A DNA stretch of 58,724 bases from a virus (taxonomy: Duplodnaviria > Caudoviricetes): the IMG/VR virus record IMGVR_UViG_3300046167_000872, positions 1-58,724 of that record. One strand, 5' to 3'. Of this stretch, positions 39,728 to 49,323 are shown piece by piece; the stretch's first letter is position 1; each line of letters starts with the position of its first letter. The position numbers and the translations under genes are program-made. The notes below the pieces were generated by a model. It was not told where the DNA came from. It searched no databases and saw only the letters and a list, made by a program, of their open reading frames with translations.

Positions 39728-40648
39728 ATGGCAATTATTTATAGTTATCCTTCAGCGGCTCCTACTGGAACGGATAAAATTTTAGGAGTAGACACAAGTG
39801 ATAATAACAAAACGGTTGTATATACCGTAGACAGCCTTCGTTTCGGAGAAGGAAGCGATGCAAATATTGGAGCATTGGTAACAACCGGCAATGCAACCAT
39901 TGGAGGCGATTTTAATGCTAAAGCAGGTACTAGCTCGCTTAGGAGAATAGTACTAGACAACCTACAGGATGCGCCTTCTTCTCCTACTTACAGTAACTAC
40001 CGGCCTTCGCAATATATAACATTCCCAGCGGTAACTAACACAGATGTAGCCGGGTCAACTGGTATTGGGGCATATGCATTGCAAAGCGAACAAGGAAACA
40101 CAAGTTGGTGGACGCGGGGGCACAATACAGCTATTGGCACTCAGGCGGGTGAAAAAATTACTACCGGGAGCGCAAACGTAGCAATAGGCCATGTGGCAAT
40201 GGGAGTTCTTGATATAGGTAGTAATAATGTAGCGATAGGTAATAACGCTTTAGCAGTGTTAGACGGTGACGAAGACGGAAACGTAGCTATTGGCTATACT
40301 GCTATGTGGCACCATACTTCTGGAAACGCTAATGTTGCTATAGGCTCTTCAGCTGGAGTTTCGAACGCTTCAGGAAGTAGAACCGACGGTAATACTTGTA
40401 TTTTTCTAGGTGGCTCTACAAAGGGATCAGCAGATGGGACTACAAACGAAACTGTAATAGGATTCGGAGCAACAGGAGCAGGGACTAATACTGTGCGCTT
40501 AGGAGCTAGTAACGTAACAAAAGTAGAAACTAGCGGTGACTTTGAAACAGACGCAGTAGGCAAAGGGTTTATTTTGAAGTCGCCCGATGGAACACGCTAT
40601 AGAATAACTGTTGCCAACGGAGGTGCTTTAAGTGCGTCTGCAGTATAA
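39728..40648 (+). CDS. Fibre/adhesin-like virion protein
   Basis: Tandem NVAIG/NTAIG beta-helix repeats; C-terminal LKSPDGTRYRITV. Confidence 0.65.
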   Translation: MAIIYSYPSAAPTGTDKILGVDTSDNNKTVVYTVDSLRFGEGSDANIGALVTTGNATIGGDFNAKAGTSSLRRIVLDNLQDAPSSPTYSNYRPSQYITFPAVTNTDVAGSTGIGAYALQSEQGNTSWWTRGHNTAIGTQAGEKITTGSANVAIGHVAMGVLDIGSNNVAIGNNALAVLDGDEDGNVAIGYTAMWHHTSGNANVAIGSSAGVSNASGSRTDGNTCIFLGGSTKGSADGTTNETVIGFGATGAGTNTVRLGASNVTKVETSGDFETDAVGKGFILKSPDGTRYRITVANGGALSASAV

Positions 40649-40651
40649 TAG

Positions 40652-40679
40652 TAAAAAGCCCGAATAATTGGTAATATTA
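40652..40679 (+). promoter_or_regulatory. Class II promoter candidate before groEL
   Basis: TAAAA at 40652, GTAATATTA at 40671. Confidence 0.6.
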
Positions 40680-40720
40680 ACTATAACCGATTATAATGTA
40701 ATTAAATCAAATTAAATATA

Positions 40721-42274
40721 ATGAGTAATGCAATTGTAAAAAACCTCAGCTTCGGCGATGAGGCTAGAAATAACGTATTTAACGGCATCGAAAAACTCAC
40801 CAAAGCCGTTAGCTCTACATTAGGTGCTAGCGGTAAGTGTGTGATGCTAGAAGACGAGACTGGTCGACCTGTTATTACCAAGGATGGTGTTTCGGTCGCC
40901 AACTCAATAATCTTAAGAGACCCGATTGAAAATATGGGTGCTACGCTTCTAAAGGAAGCTGCTAGGCAAACCGTCAAAGAAGCTGGAGATGGGACAACAA
41001 CAGCTACGGTGCTAGCGCACTCTATTCTTTCCAAGGCTTATGAGCATGGGAATAGCGGGTCACGAGAAATGAAAGAGGGGATTGAATCAGCTACTAAAAA
41101 AGTAGTTAAGTATCTAGAAACTCTTTCTGTTCCGGTTGAAGGCGATATGATCAACAATGTCGCTACTATTTCAGCTAACAACGACAAAGAGCTAGGCGAT
41201 ATCATCGCTGGCGCTTTCAAAGAGGTTGGACAAAGCGGAGTAGTTACAATGGAAACATCGAACGACAGTTCTACGAGTTACGAGGTAATTAACGGAGCAT
41301 CGATTGACAGACCTTTGAAGAACTTTCACTTTGTTACGGACGAAGCTAAAAAAGAAGCTGTCCTTGAAAACCCACTGGTACTTATTGTAGAAAACCAGAT
41401 CGAAAACGTACGTAAGGTCCAAAGCATCTTAGAGTATGTAATTAAAAATAATAAGCCGCTACTTATTATTGGAGAAGCAGACGAGCAAGTTATCCAGGCT
41501 CTCGCGATGAACAAGATCAAAGGTAACATCAAGGTTAATATCATTGATACACCTGATTTTGGGATTTACAGAAAAGAAAAGCTACAAGATTTAGCATTGT
41601 TAACCAACGCTACTGTTATTAACGAGGATTTAGGCGATGACCTAGATATTATCGATGTAGAGCACCTTGGAACGTGTTTAAAGAGCGTTACAAACAGCGA
41701 AGAAACAATTATCCAAGTAGAAAGCATTTCCGACGAGGTTCAAGCAGTAATCGATACTGTTAAAAAAGAAATCGAAGCAGAAAATCGCGAAGGAGCAATT
41801 AACAGGCTCGAAAAAAGACTTGGGTTGCTATCGTGTAAAGTTGGTGTTGTAAAAGTAGGTGCAAGCTCTGAAGTAGAGCTAAAAGAAAAACTAGATAGAG
41901 TTGAAGACGCTATTTGCGCAACTAAAGCCGCAATAAAAGAAGGTATTGTACCTGGCGGCGGAATTGCACTGCTTAATGCTTCCGCACATATAACTTCAAA
42001 GAGTAAGAGCGAAAAAGTACTACTAGAAGCTATTAAAGCGCCTTTCTTAACTATTTTGAAAAACGCTGGTTTAAACGAAGTCTACCCGCAAACAAAAGGG
42101 AAAGGTATTGACGTAGTAACTGGTAAAGACGTTAATATGATTAAGTCGGGGATTATCGATCCTTTACTTGTTACAAAAAGCGCGCTAAGAAACGCGGCAT
42201 CAGTAGCAACTACGATTTTATCAACCGATTGTGTAATCAACAACTTAAGAGTCGAAGATGAAAGCAATAGGTAG
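40721..42274 (+). CDS. groEL: Chaperonin GroEL
   Basis: ITKDGVSVA, AGDGTTTATVLA, VPGGG and GIIDP motifs. Confidence 0.95.
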   Translation: MSNAIVKNLSFGDEARNNVFNGIEKLTKAVSSTLGASGKCVMLEDETGRPVITKDGVSVANSIILRDPIENMGATLLKEAARQTVKEAGDGTTTATVLAHSILSKAYEHGNSGSREMKEGIESATKKVVKYLETLSVPVEGDMINNVATISANNDKELGDIIAGAFKEVGQSGVVTMETSNDSSTSYEVINGASIDRPLKNFHFVTDEAKKEAVLENPLVLIVENQIENVRKVQSILEYVIKNNKPLLIIGEADEQVIQALAMNKIKGNIKVNIIDTPDFGIYRKEKLQDLALLTNATVINEDLGDDLDIIDVEHLGTCLKSVTNSEETIIQVESISDEVQAVIDTVKKEIEAENREGAINRLEKRLGLLSCKVGVVKVGASSEVELKEKLDRVEDAICATKAAIKEGIVPGGGIALLNASAHITSKSKSEKVLLEAIKAPFLTILKNAGLNEVYPQTKGKGIDVVTGKDVNMIKSGIIDPLLVTKSALRNAASVATTILSTDCVINNLRVEDESNR

Positions 42275-42518
42275 AAACTTAATCATAAAAATCATTAAGG
42301 AAACAACCACTAAGACAAAAGGTGGTTTAATTCTTAATGAGAAAAGTAGAGAGGATATAAGATATCGCAAAGCTACTATCGTATCAGTCGGAGATGAAGT
42401 AGTTGGTGTTACTAAAGACGATACGATCTATTTCGACCGACATGCTGGACACGGAATAGAAATAGAGGACGAAAAACTACACGTTATTAAAAACCAAGAT
42501 GTAGTTGTAGTATTATGA
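42258..42518 (+). CDS. groES: Co-chaperonin GroES
   Basis: KTKGGLIL mobile loop, VSVGD; overlaps the end of groEL. Confidence 0.85.
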   Translation: MKAIGRNLIIKIIKETTTKTKGGLILNEKSREDIRYRKATIVSVGDEVVGVTKDDTIYFDRHAGHGIEIEDEKLHVIKNQDVVVVL

Positions 42519-42961
42519 GACGGCTGGACGCAAGAGACATAAAAGATATGAACTTGCTAAAGCACTATCGCATAATAAGACGATGGGCATGTAGAAATAA
42601 CGAACTCACAGATGCAGACTTAGAGTTACTCATTTACTTTGACTGCATGGAGCTTTTTACAAAGCAAGATTTTAAAATTGGTACATATGCTTATAGCTGG
42701 GATAATAAGCGCTGGAATAGGTTGTTAAAAGAAGGATGGATTGTAGTATGGCGCAACCGCAACAGAACTACCCAAAAGTACAACATATATAAAGTTTCGT
42801 TTAAGTGCAAACAGCTTATAAGCAGGATGTATCGAATAATGCTAGGGGAAGAGGATTTACCCACTAGCGAAAAAAGAAATAGTATAATGCGAGGTAAAAC
42901 ATATACAGATAAAGTTTTACAAGTAGCAATAGATAATGTTAACAGAGATAAAAACAGATAA
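42515..42961 (+). CDS. Conserved phage protein, possibly winged-helix
   Basis: LTDADLELLIYF..WNRLLKEGWIVV..YKVS pattern. Confidence 0.55.
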   Translation: MRRLDARDIKDMNLLKHYRIIRRWACRNNELTDADLELLIYFDCMELFTKQDFKIGTYAYSWDNKRWNRLLKEGWIVVWRNRNRTTQKYNIYKVSFKCKQLISRMYRIMLGEEDLPTSEKRNSIMRGKTYTDKVLQVAIDNVNRDKNR

Positions 42962-42964
42962 ACT

Positions 42965-43426
42965 ATGTTTAATGTACTAGGTAGCGTATTTGGAGGAAGC
43001 TCCTCTGGCAGTTCAATAAACAACTTAGGCTCTATAGCTACGCGAGGGCTTAAGGGTATACCTTCTGCTATTAGAAGCGTAAGAGAGCGGTTGCAAATGC
43101 AGCAAGAAAATGCAGCGTCTGCTGTCAGCACTCCTGCAGCAATTACACCAGGGGTGGGGCAAGTATCTTCTGTTCAAGGAATTATGCCGCAAGTCCCTTT
43201 AGCGAGCTCCCAAGCAACCGCGGAAGTTTCGGCTATCGACGGAATAGCTCCCCAGTACCCTATGGCTACGCCTGCTAACTCTGCAGCATCATCACCAGTT
43301 TTCCCTCCTGCTACTCAAGAAAAAGCGGCTGCGGTATTTGGCACAGCTGACGAAAGACAGGGTGCAGTTGGGGGCTTTAAACAAGAAGTAAAAGAAAGAA
43401 TTATAAAAGATATAAATAGTTTGTAG
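42965..43426 (+). CDS. Hypothetical Ala/Ser/Pro-rich protein
   Basis: 153 aa ORF. Confidence 0.55.
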   Translation: MFNVLGSVFGGSSSGSSINNLGSIATRGLKGIPSAIRSVRERLQMQQENAASAVSTPAAITPGVGQVSSVQGIMPQVPLASSQATAEVSAIDGIAPQYPMATPANSAASSPVFPPATQEKAAAVFGTADERQGAVGGFKQEVKERIIKDINSL

Positions 43427-43427
43427 A

Positions 43428-43598
43428 ATGTCAATTCAAGACCTGAAATTGTATGCTGTTAATGGAGCAGCTTTCACAATAAGCCTAACGAATATAGAAG
43501 TTCAATTGAAGATAATGTTGCTAGTTATAACGATAGGCTACACGGTCCACAAATGGCACTCACTAATTGTTAAGAACCAAAAAAAGAATGATAAGTAA
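43428..43598 (+). CDS. Holin-like small membrane protein (56 aa, not in ORF track)
   Basis: MSIQDLKLYAVNGAAFTISLTNIEVQLKIMLLVITIGYTVHKW..., basic tail, overlaps the endolysin start. Confidence 0.55.
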   Translation: MSIQDLKLYAVNGAAFTISLTNIEVQLKIMLLVITIGYTVHKWHSLIVKNQKKNDK

Positions 43599-44043
43599 GC
43601 ATATATCTTACAGAGAAGGAACACGAAGCACAACAGCCACGAGGCTAGGGATTGATAATACACCAAGCGACTACCACAGAACTAACATGGAAGTGTTAGC
43701 AGAAAATATATTCGAACCACTTAGAAAGTGGGTTGGCGGTCCAATAAGAATAAACTCTTTCTTTCGATGCGAAGATTTAAACAAAGCTATCGGAGGAAGC
43801 TCGAAATCTCAACACTGCGAAGGTAGAGCAATGGATATAGATGATACATACGGCCACAAAACAAATGCTGAAATGTATGAGTATATTAAAAACAACTTAG
43901 ACTTCGATCAAATAATATGGGAGTTTGGCACAGACGAAAACCCAGCTTGGGTTCACGTATCTTATATATCCGAAGACTTCAATAGAAACCGTTGCTTGAA
44001 AGCTTATAAAGAAGACGGCAAAACTAAATACAAGGTAATATGA
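43588..44043 (+). CDS. Endolysin, peptidase M15 family
   Basis: SFFRC, SQHCEGRAMD and WVHVS motifs; ATG at 43588. Confidence 0.85.
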   Translation: MISKHISYREGTRSTTATRLGIDNTPSDYHRTNMEVLAENIFEPLRKWVGGPIRINSFFRCEDLNKAIGGSSKSQHCEGRAMDIDDTYGHKTNAEMYEYIKNNLDFDQIIWEFGTDENPAWVHVSYISEDFNRNRCLKAYKEDGKTKYKVI

Positions 44044-44168
44044 AATCTAAATCTAAAAAAGACTCTTGTTACTATAAAGTAAAAAAAGCATACAAAGTAT
44101 TTCCTTCTGCGTATGCCAGTGGGGCCATTGCTAAGTGCAGAAAAGCTAAAGCTAAAAAGAAAAAGTAA
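44040..44168 (+). CDS. Basic microprotein (42 aa, not in ORF track)
   Basis: MKSKSKKDSCYYKVKKAYKVFPSAYASGAIAKCRKAKAKKKK; overlapping start and stop codons on both sides. Confidence 0.65.
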   Translation: MKSKSKKDSCYYKVKKAYKVFPSAYASGAIAKCRKAKAKKKK

Positions 44169-44422
44169 TGGCGGTACGTAAAACTAAAAAAGGGGCAGCG
44201 CTTAAGCGATGGTTTAAAGAAAAGTGGACAGACGAAAAAGGTAACCCGTGCGGTTCTGCTAAAAACAAGAAAACAAAAAAGTGTAGACCAAGTAAAAGGA
44301 TAAGTAGCAAGACTCCGAAAACTTGGAAGGAAATGTCACCAGCTGAAAAAAAGAAGGCGGTAGCCGAAAAGAAAAGGGCAGGCATGGGCAAAAAAACATC
44401 ATCATTAAAACGTAAAAAATAA
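44168..44422 (+). CDS. Basic protein
   Basis: LKRWFKEKW..PCG..CRPSKRIS..TPKT. Confidence 0.7.
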   Translation: MAVRKTKKGAALKRWFKEKWTDEKGNPCGSAKNKKTKKCRPSKRISSKTPKTWKEMSPAEKKKAVAEKKRAGMGKKTSSLKRKK

Positions 44423-44426
44423 TATT

Positions 44427-44567
44427 ATGCCAACAGTAGGAGGAAAAAAATTTGGATACAGCAAAAAGGGACGTGAAGCAGCAAAAGCTTATGCTAAAAA
44501 AGTAGCTGCTAAGAAAAAAACGTCAGCTAAGAAAAAATCAAAAAAATCCTGCGGTTGTAAACATTAA
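44427..44567 (+). CDS. Basic histone-like microprotein (46 aa, not in ORF track)
   Basis: MPTVGGKKFGYSKKGREAAKAYAKKVAAKKKTSAKKKSKKSCGCKH. Confidence 0.65.
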   Translation: MPTVGGKKFGYSKKGREAAKAYAKKVAAKKKTSAKKKSKKSCGCKH

Positions 44568-44572
44568 ATAGC

Positions 44573-44863
44573 ATGGCAGACAAAAGTAAAATGGCTTGCA
44601 ATAAGCCTATGAAATCAGATCGCAAAGGTAAAAAGAAAATGGTTAAGGCTTGCCAGGGCGGTGTAGAGAAACTTATTCACTTTGGAGCTACTGGGTATGG
44701 TCACAACTACTCTGCTGCTGCGCGTAAGTCTTTTAAAGCTCGTCACAAATGCGGCACGGCTAAAAACAAACTAACGGCTCGTTATTGGGCGTGTAAAAAC
44801 TTATGGGCCGGAAAAGGAGGCTCCACTAAGTCTAACCCTAAAGGAGTTAGAGGAAAATACTAA
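44573..44863 (+). CDS. Basic protein
   Basis: KLIHFGATGY..RKSFKARHKC..ARYWAC..LW. Confidence 0.7.
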   Translation: MADKSKMACNKPMKSDRKGKKKMVKACQGGVEKLIHFGATGYGHNYSAAARKSFKARHKCGTAKNKLTARYWACKNLWAGKGGSTKSNPKGVRGKY

Positions 44864-44880
44864 TACTTAAAATAAAAAGC

Positions 44881-45153
44881 ATGTACAAAGGATACGACCC
44901 TCTTAACGGTAACGGAATTAACCCAGGCATCCCTGACCCGGCAAAAGAAGCTAGAAAAAAAGAAATAAAAGCAGAGCTCAAGGCATTGCAAAAGAAAAAA
45001 GAAAAAAGAAAATACCTAGAAGGTGTAAAAAGCAAAGTTGCTACTTTGAAAAAGGCTAAAGCAGATGAAGAATTGCGTCAGCGCTATATAACAAGCGCAA
45101 AAGAAGAAGCTTACCACAGAGCTTGGGAAGAAAGAAAATACGGAAATAAATAA
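44881..45153 (+). CDS. Basic coiled-coil protein
   Basis: 90 aa Lys/Glu-rich ORF. Confidence 0.55.
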   Translation: MYKGYDPLNGNGINPGIPDPAKEARKKEIKAELKALQKKKEKRKYLEGVKSKVATLKKAKADEELRQRYITSAKEEAYHRAWEERKYGNK

Positions 45154-45164
45154 AAATAGTAAGT

Positions 45165-45563
45165 ATGAGCTGGCTATCTAAACTACTAGGCTCAGGGACC
45201 AAAGGAATTGGTGAACTAGCTAAAGACATAAGAGAGGCTATAAAAGGCAAAGAACTAGATCCTAATAAGCAATTAGAGATAGCTTCTAAGCTAGCTGAAG
45301 TACAAACAAAAATTAACGAGGCCGAAGCATCTCACAGGTCTGTGTTCGTAGCAGGTTGGCGCCCATTTATCGGATGGATATGTGGGATTGGCTTAGGCTA
45401 CGCTGTATTTGTTGAACCTTTACTTAGATTCATATTTACAGCAAAAGGATGGGTGATAACTTTTCCTGAAATTGATACAAATATAACAATGCAAGTTTTG
45501 CTTGGTATGTTAGGTTTAGCAGGAGCTAGATCATACGAAAAGAAAAATAATTTAACAAAGTAA
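45165..45563 (+). CDS. 3TM holin (GTA-holin-like family)
   Basis: SVFVAGWRPFIGWICG..LLGMLGL..RSYEK motifs. Confidence 0.8.
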   Translation: MSWLSKLLGSGTKGIGELAKDIREAIKGKELDPNKQLEIASKLAEVQTKINEAEASHRSVFVAGWRPFIGWICGIGLGYAVFVEPLLRFIFTAKGWVITFPEIDTNITMQVLLGMLGLAGARSYEKKNNLTK

Positions 45564-45575
45564 TAAACGAAAAAA

Positions 45576-45854
45576 ATGGGAAAGTACTTTAACTTAGAAC
45601 AAGAAACAAAAGCTATTTCTAGAGACGCAAAAGCCGTAACTAAAAGTGACACTAACTTTACTGAAAGTTTTGTTCCTCGCGGAGAAGCTGCTTTGTACGT
45701 AGGTACAGGCGGTGATGTAGCCGTGAGAATGGCTGGCGACAACAGTGATGCAACTGTAGTATTTAAAAACGTAGCCGATGGTTCTTTTCTACCTATCGTT
45801 GTAAAAGCTGTACTAGTAGCTACAACCGCAAGTGATATTTTAGCAATAAACTAA
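45576..45854 (+). CDS. Head spike base-like protein
   Basis: ALYVGTGGDVAVRM..VVFKNV..GSFLPIVVKAV..TASDILA, resembling the RcGTA spike base family. Confidence 0.65.
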   Translation: MGKYFNLEQETKAISRDAKAVTKSDTNFTESFVPRGEAALYVGTGGDVAVRMAGDNSDATVVFKNVADGSFLPIVVKAVLVATTASDILAIN

Positions 45855-45863
45855 AAAAAATAT

Positions 45864-47645
45864 ATGTTAAGTTTATTAAACACGACATTTACAACAGCCG
45901 TAAGGAGAGGAGTCACCGTTATTGGTACTTTACTTAGTAAGCTGAAGGCAAGGTCAACGTACTTTGAAAACAAAAGTGGCACCAAAACTATTTTGCAAGA
46001 ACTGGAAGATGATGGTCTTTTAAGTAAAGCTAGTATTGTCCTTACCCCGACAGCTTATGAAGTTGGAAGCCTTAACTCTGTAAAGCCTATTCAAACATTC
46101 GGAAGCGAAGAGGTTACCAATGGAGATTTTAGCACTGATAGTGATTGGACTAAAAGTAACGCAGTAATAAGCGGCGGAAAAGCTACAGTAACAATAACGG
46201 CGGGCGGATTATCTTACCTACTACAAAGTATTTCTTTTACTGACGGTAAAAAATATGTAGTAACAGCTGATTTACAGGGAACCGCAGGCAAAGCCGCTAG
46301 GTTAATGGATAATGGAAACAATACAGGGGGATTAGGCACATCTAATGGAGAAATTTTGCTGGATGGGTCTTCGCAAAGCGTGGAAATTGAATGGAAAGCA
46401 AATAGTAATTCTCAAGAAATAGCGTTTATTAGAGCCACCAATTCCGGGGATTGGAGTTTTACAGTGGACAATGTAAGCATTAAAGAAGTTATAGATGGAG
46501 ATTTTGACTTTGTCAGAAGTTCAACCGCTACGAGGGTTAATGCAAGCGGTCAAATTGAATCTGTTGCGTCTAATGTACCAAGAATTGACTACTCAGATGG
46601 AGTTGGCAAAATATTGCTTGAATTTACAGGGACAAATGTAATTCCTTACAGTGAGGATTTTAGCCAATGGTTCAACTCAGAAACAAGTGATGCTGCTAAC
46701 CAAACTACTTCTCCCGACGGAACAACGAATGCTGCAAGACTAACTGACACTACAGCTACTTCAAACCATATTATAACAAGCCAAGGTTTTACTTTGTCTT
46801 CAGGTGCTGCCACTATGAGTATATTTGCCAAGGCTGACACCTTAAGCTATTTAAGGCTTCGTACAAACGGCACAACAACAGGGGTTCGGATTTGGTTCGA
46901 TTTAAGCAATGGAACAGTTACACACGAAGATGTAACGGGAGCGGGTAAAATTGAAGACTACGGAAATGGTTGGTATAGATGTAGTGTAACGGATTCTTCT
47001 AACACAAATACGGGGGGTGGAAGTCTACAAGTTTTCCTACAAAACGCCTCAGGTTTCCAAACAACTTATACAGGCGACGGAAGTGGAAGTATTTATTTAT
47101 GGGGCGGGCAGTACGAGCAACAATCTTATATGACCTCATACATCCCAACAGGCTCTACAACGGTAACGCGGGTCGTGGATAGAGCAAATAGCTCGGGTAA
47201 TTCCACTTTAATAAATTCCGTTCAAGGAACGATATACTTTGAACTCTCTATGTTTGACACCGGAACTAACGACTTTATGTTTCTTTCTCAGCCCGGAACT
47301 ACAGGTAACACAAATTCTATTGGGGTTTACGGAAATTTTGGAGGTGGAATTACAGGTCAAATAAAACACGCGGGAGGAACGACATATATGCCTATTGGTA
47401 GCGGCAGTGGCCCAAAACTCATTAATACAAAGTTCGCTTTAAGATGGGGCGGCGGTACTATTGAAAGTTACTTTGAAGGCACCGAAACAGCAACCAGGTC
47501 AATACCTAACGGTGATTATTCAGCAGGAGATTTAACAGCGTTTAATTTTTCGGCAGGGTCATCGCCTATTAAAGGCAAGATAAAATGTATGGCTATATTT
47601 CCCGAAGCGTTAACCGATACAGAACTCCAAAACCTAACGTCATAA
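45864..47645 (+). CDS. Head spike/fibre protein with a carbohydrate-binding-like domain
   Basis: VTNGDFSTDSDW; FVRSSTATRVN..NVPRIDY; GNGWYRC; TSYIPT motifs. Confidence 0.7.
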   Translation: MLSLLNTTFTTAVRRGVTVIGTLLSKLKARSTYFENKSGTKTILQELEDDGLLSKASIVLTPTAYEVGSLNSVKPIQTFGSEEVTNGDFSTDSDWTKSNAVISGGKATVTITAGGLSYLLQSISFTDGKKYVVTADLQGTAGKAARLMDNGNNTGGLGTSNGEILLDGSSQSVEIEWKANSNSQEIAFIRATNSGDWSFTVDNVSIKEVIDGDFDFVRSSTATRVNASGQIESVASNVPRIDYSDGVGKILLEFTGTNVIPYSEDFSQWFNSETSDAANQTTSPDGTTNAARLTDTTATSNHIITSQGFTLSSGAATMSIFAKADTLSYLRLRTNGTTTGVRIWFDLSNGTVTHEDVTGAGKIEDYGNGWYRCSVTDSSNTNTGGGSLQVFLQNASGFQTTYTGDGSGSIYLWGGQYEQQSYMTSYIPTGSTTVTRVVDRANSSGNSTLINSVQGTIYFELSMFDTGTNDFMFLSQPGTTGNTNSIGVYGNFGGGITGQIKHAGGTTYMPIGSGSGPKLINTKFALRWGGGTIESYFEGTETATRSIPNGDYSAGDLTAFNFSAGSSPIKGKIKCMAIFPEALTDTELQNLTS

Positions 47646-47998
47646 TGAAAATAGGAAAATACGAATTCAACAGCAAAGAGCAAGCTGACGACAAAATAGC
47701 AGCTCTTGGAATAGAAAAATGGGAAGACGGAAAATACTACCCTACTCACAACCACACTATTGTTCACTTGGGTTATAATGTTTTAGAACAACCTACTTTC
47801 GACGTAGAAGGCAATATATTAACAGAAGCAGTATTCGGAAACAAGTATATGGTTGATGTTTTATGGGTAGATCTTGAAGCTGATGAAAATGGAGAAATAG
47901 ATCATCCGTACGGCTGGAAGTCATATTCTATTAATATTGACAGCGAAGGATGCCATTCTTTTTACGGCCAAAGCTACCAGGAATTAAAATTCCAATAA
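47645..47998 (+). CDS. Fibre-associated protein
   Basis: Start MKIGKYEF overlaps the fibre gene stop; KYMVDVLW motif. Confidence 0.6.
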   Translation: MKIGKYEFNSKEQADDKIAALGIEKWEDGKYYPTHNHTIVHLGYNVLEQPTFDVEGNILTEAVFGNKYMVDVLWVDLEADENGEIDHPYGWKSYSINIDSEGCHSFYGQSYQELKFQ

Positions 47999-48012
47999 AG
48001 TAGGTGATTATA
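47985..48012 (+). promoter_or_regulatory. Class II promoter candidate before the packaging/head operon
   Basis: TAAAA at 47985, GTGATTATA at 48004. Confidence 0.55.
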
Positions 48013-48045
48013 AAGCCTAGTATATAATTAAAATTTAATCAAATC

Positions 48046-48285
48046 ATGACAAAAATTAAACAAGAGGAATTAGATACAATTATTTCTCAACAACAGCAAG
48101 CTGACAGTATTATTAAAAACCTCGGGCTACTAGAAGCAAAAAAACACGAGCTACTTCACTCATTTGCGCAAGTTAATGCTCAAATTGAAGATACAAAAAA
48201 AGATTTAGAAGCTAATTACGGTCAAATTAATATTAACCTAGAGACCGGCGAATATACAGAAGTAAAAGATGAGCAAGATAGTTAG
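48046..48285 (+). CDS. Coiled-coil (prefoldin-like) protein
   Basis: Heptad helix ending YGQININLETGEY. Confidence 0.6.
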   Translation: MTKIKQEELDTIISQQQQADSIIKNLGLLEAKKHELLHSFAQVNAQIEDTKKDLEANYGQININLETGEYTEVKDEQDS

Positions 48286-48496
48286 AAAAATAAGTATAGG
48301 CTCTGATTACAAAAATGACGCAATGCACTACTCTATAGGGCAGTCTGTATACGGAGGGCACGAGATAACAGCGATATTATTAGACCACAGTGATTTGTCT
48401 TATAATATTTATATAAAAAAGAACGGAGAAGTAATGCCTTGGAAAAAGTTTAATTCTAATATGGCTATCTCTGTAGAGTATGACCTAGAGTACTAA
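48269..48496 (+). CDS. Conserved phage protein
   Basis: RKISIGSDYKNDAMHY motif. Confidence 0.6.
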   Translation: MSKIVRKISIGSDYKNDAMHYSIGQSVYGGHEITAILLDHSDLSYNIYIKKNGEVMPWKKFNSNMAISVEYDLEY

Positions 48497-49101
48497 TGAA
48501 TAGCCTTGGTCAGTTTATTGTTAAGCCGCTAAACGATCGCTATAACAATAAAGTAAAAATAGGTGATAAAAGCCTTATCACAAACACAAGTGTCGAAGAC
48601 TGGAGATCTGTAAGCAAAGAAGCAAAAGTGGTATCTGTTCCTTTAGCTGTAAAAACAGACATAAAGCCAGGCGACAAAGTAATAGTGCACCATAACGTAT
48701 TTAGACGGTGGTACGATATTAGAGGCGTAGAAAAAAATAGTTCTATGTTTTTTAAAGACAATATGTATTTTACCGACGTTTCGCAAATATATATGTACCA
48801 ACAAAACGACGTTTGGCATACTAATATGGATTACTGCTTTGTAGCGCCAATTGAAGAAACAAGCCCTCTATCGATTCAAAAAGAAAAAAAGCTTGTTGGT
48901 ATACTAAAGTACGGCAATAAGGCTTTAAAAGCGCTTAAAATACTTCCTGGTGACTTAGTCGGGTTTACGCCCAAGTCAGAGTTTGAGTTTGTATTTGATA
49001 ACAGGCGTTTATATTGTATGAAATCAAATGATATTGTAATTAAATATGAATACCAAGGAAACGAAAAAGAATATAATCCAAGCTGGGCAAAAAGCCGTTG
49101 A
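48496..49101 (+). CDS. Tandem GroES-like protein
   Basis: Two GroES-like halves: VKPLNDR..VVSVP..IKPGDKVIV and FVAPI..GILKYG..ILPGDLVGF..LYCMKSNDI. Confidence 0.55.
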   Translation: MNSLGQFIVKPLNDRYNNKVKIGDKSLITNTSVEDWRSVSKEAKVVSVPLAVKTDIKPGDKVIVHHNVFRRWYDIRGVEKNSSMFFKDNMYFTDVSQIYMYQQNDVWHTNMDYCFVAPIEETSPLSIQKEKKLVGILKYGNKALKALKILPGDLVGFTPKSEFEFVFDNRRLYCMKSNDIVIKYEYQGNEKEYNPSWAKSR

Positions 49102-49321
49102 AGAACTAATTAAAGTAGCTAAAGAAGCTATTGTAGATTCGGACGACGACATTTCAGCAGACAGATTAAAAAATGCCGCAGCTACGAAAAAGCTAGCCAT
49201 ATTTGATGCGTTTGAAATTCTGCAAAGAATACAAGAAGAAGAGGACAAGCTTAATGAGAAACCTAAAGAAGAAAAGGAAGAAAAAGCTTTTAAAGGTTTT
49301 GCAGAACGTAGATCGAGGTAA
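49046..49321 (+). CDS. Putative terminase small subunit
   Basis: Small helical ORF immediately upstream of terL. Confidence 0.5.
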   Translation: MNTKETKKNIIQAGQKAVEELIKVAKEAIVDSDDDISADRLKNAAATKKLAIFDAFEILQRIQEEEDKLNEKPKEEKEEKAFKGFAERRSR

Positions 49322-49323
49322 CC

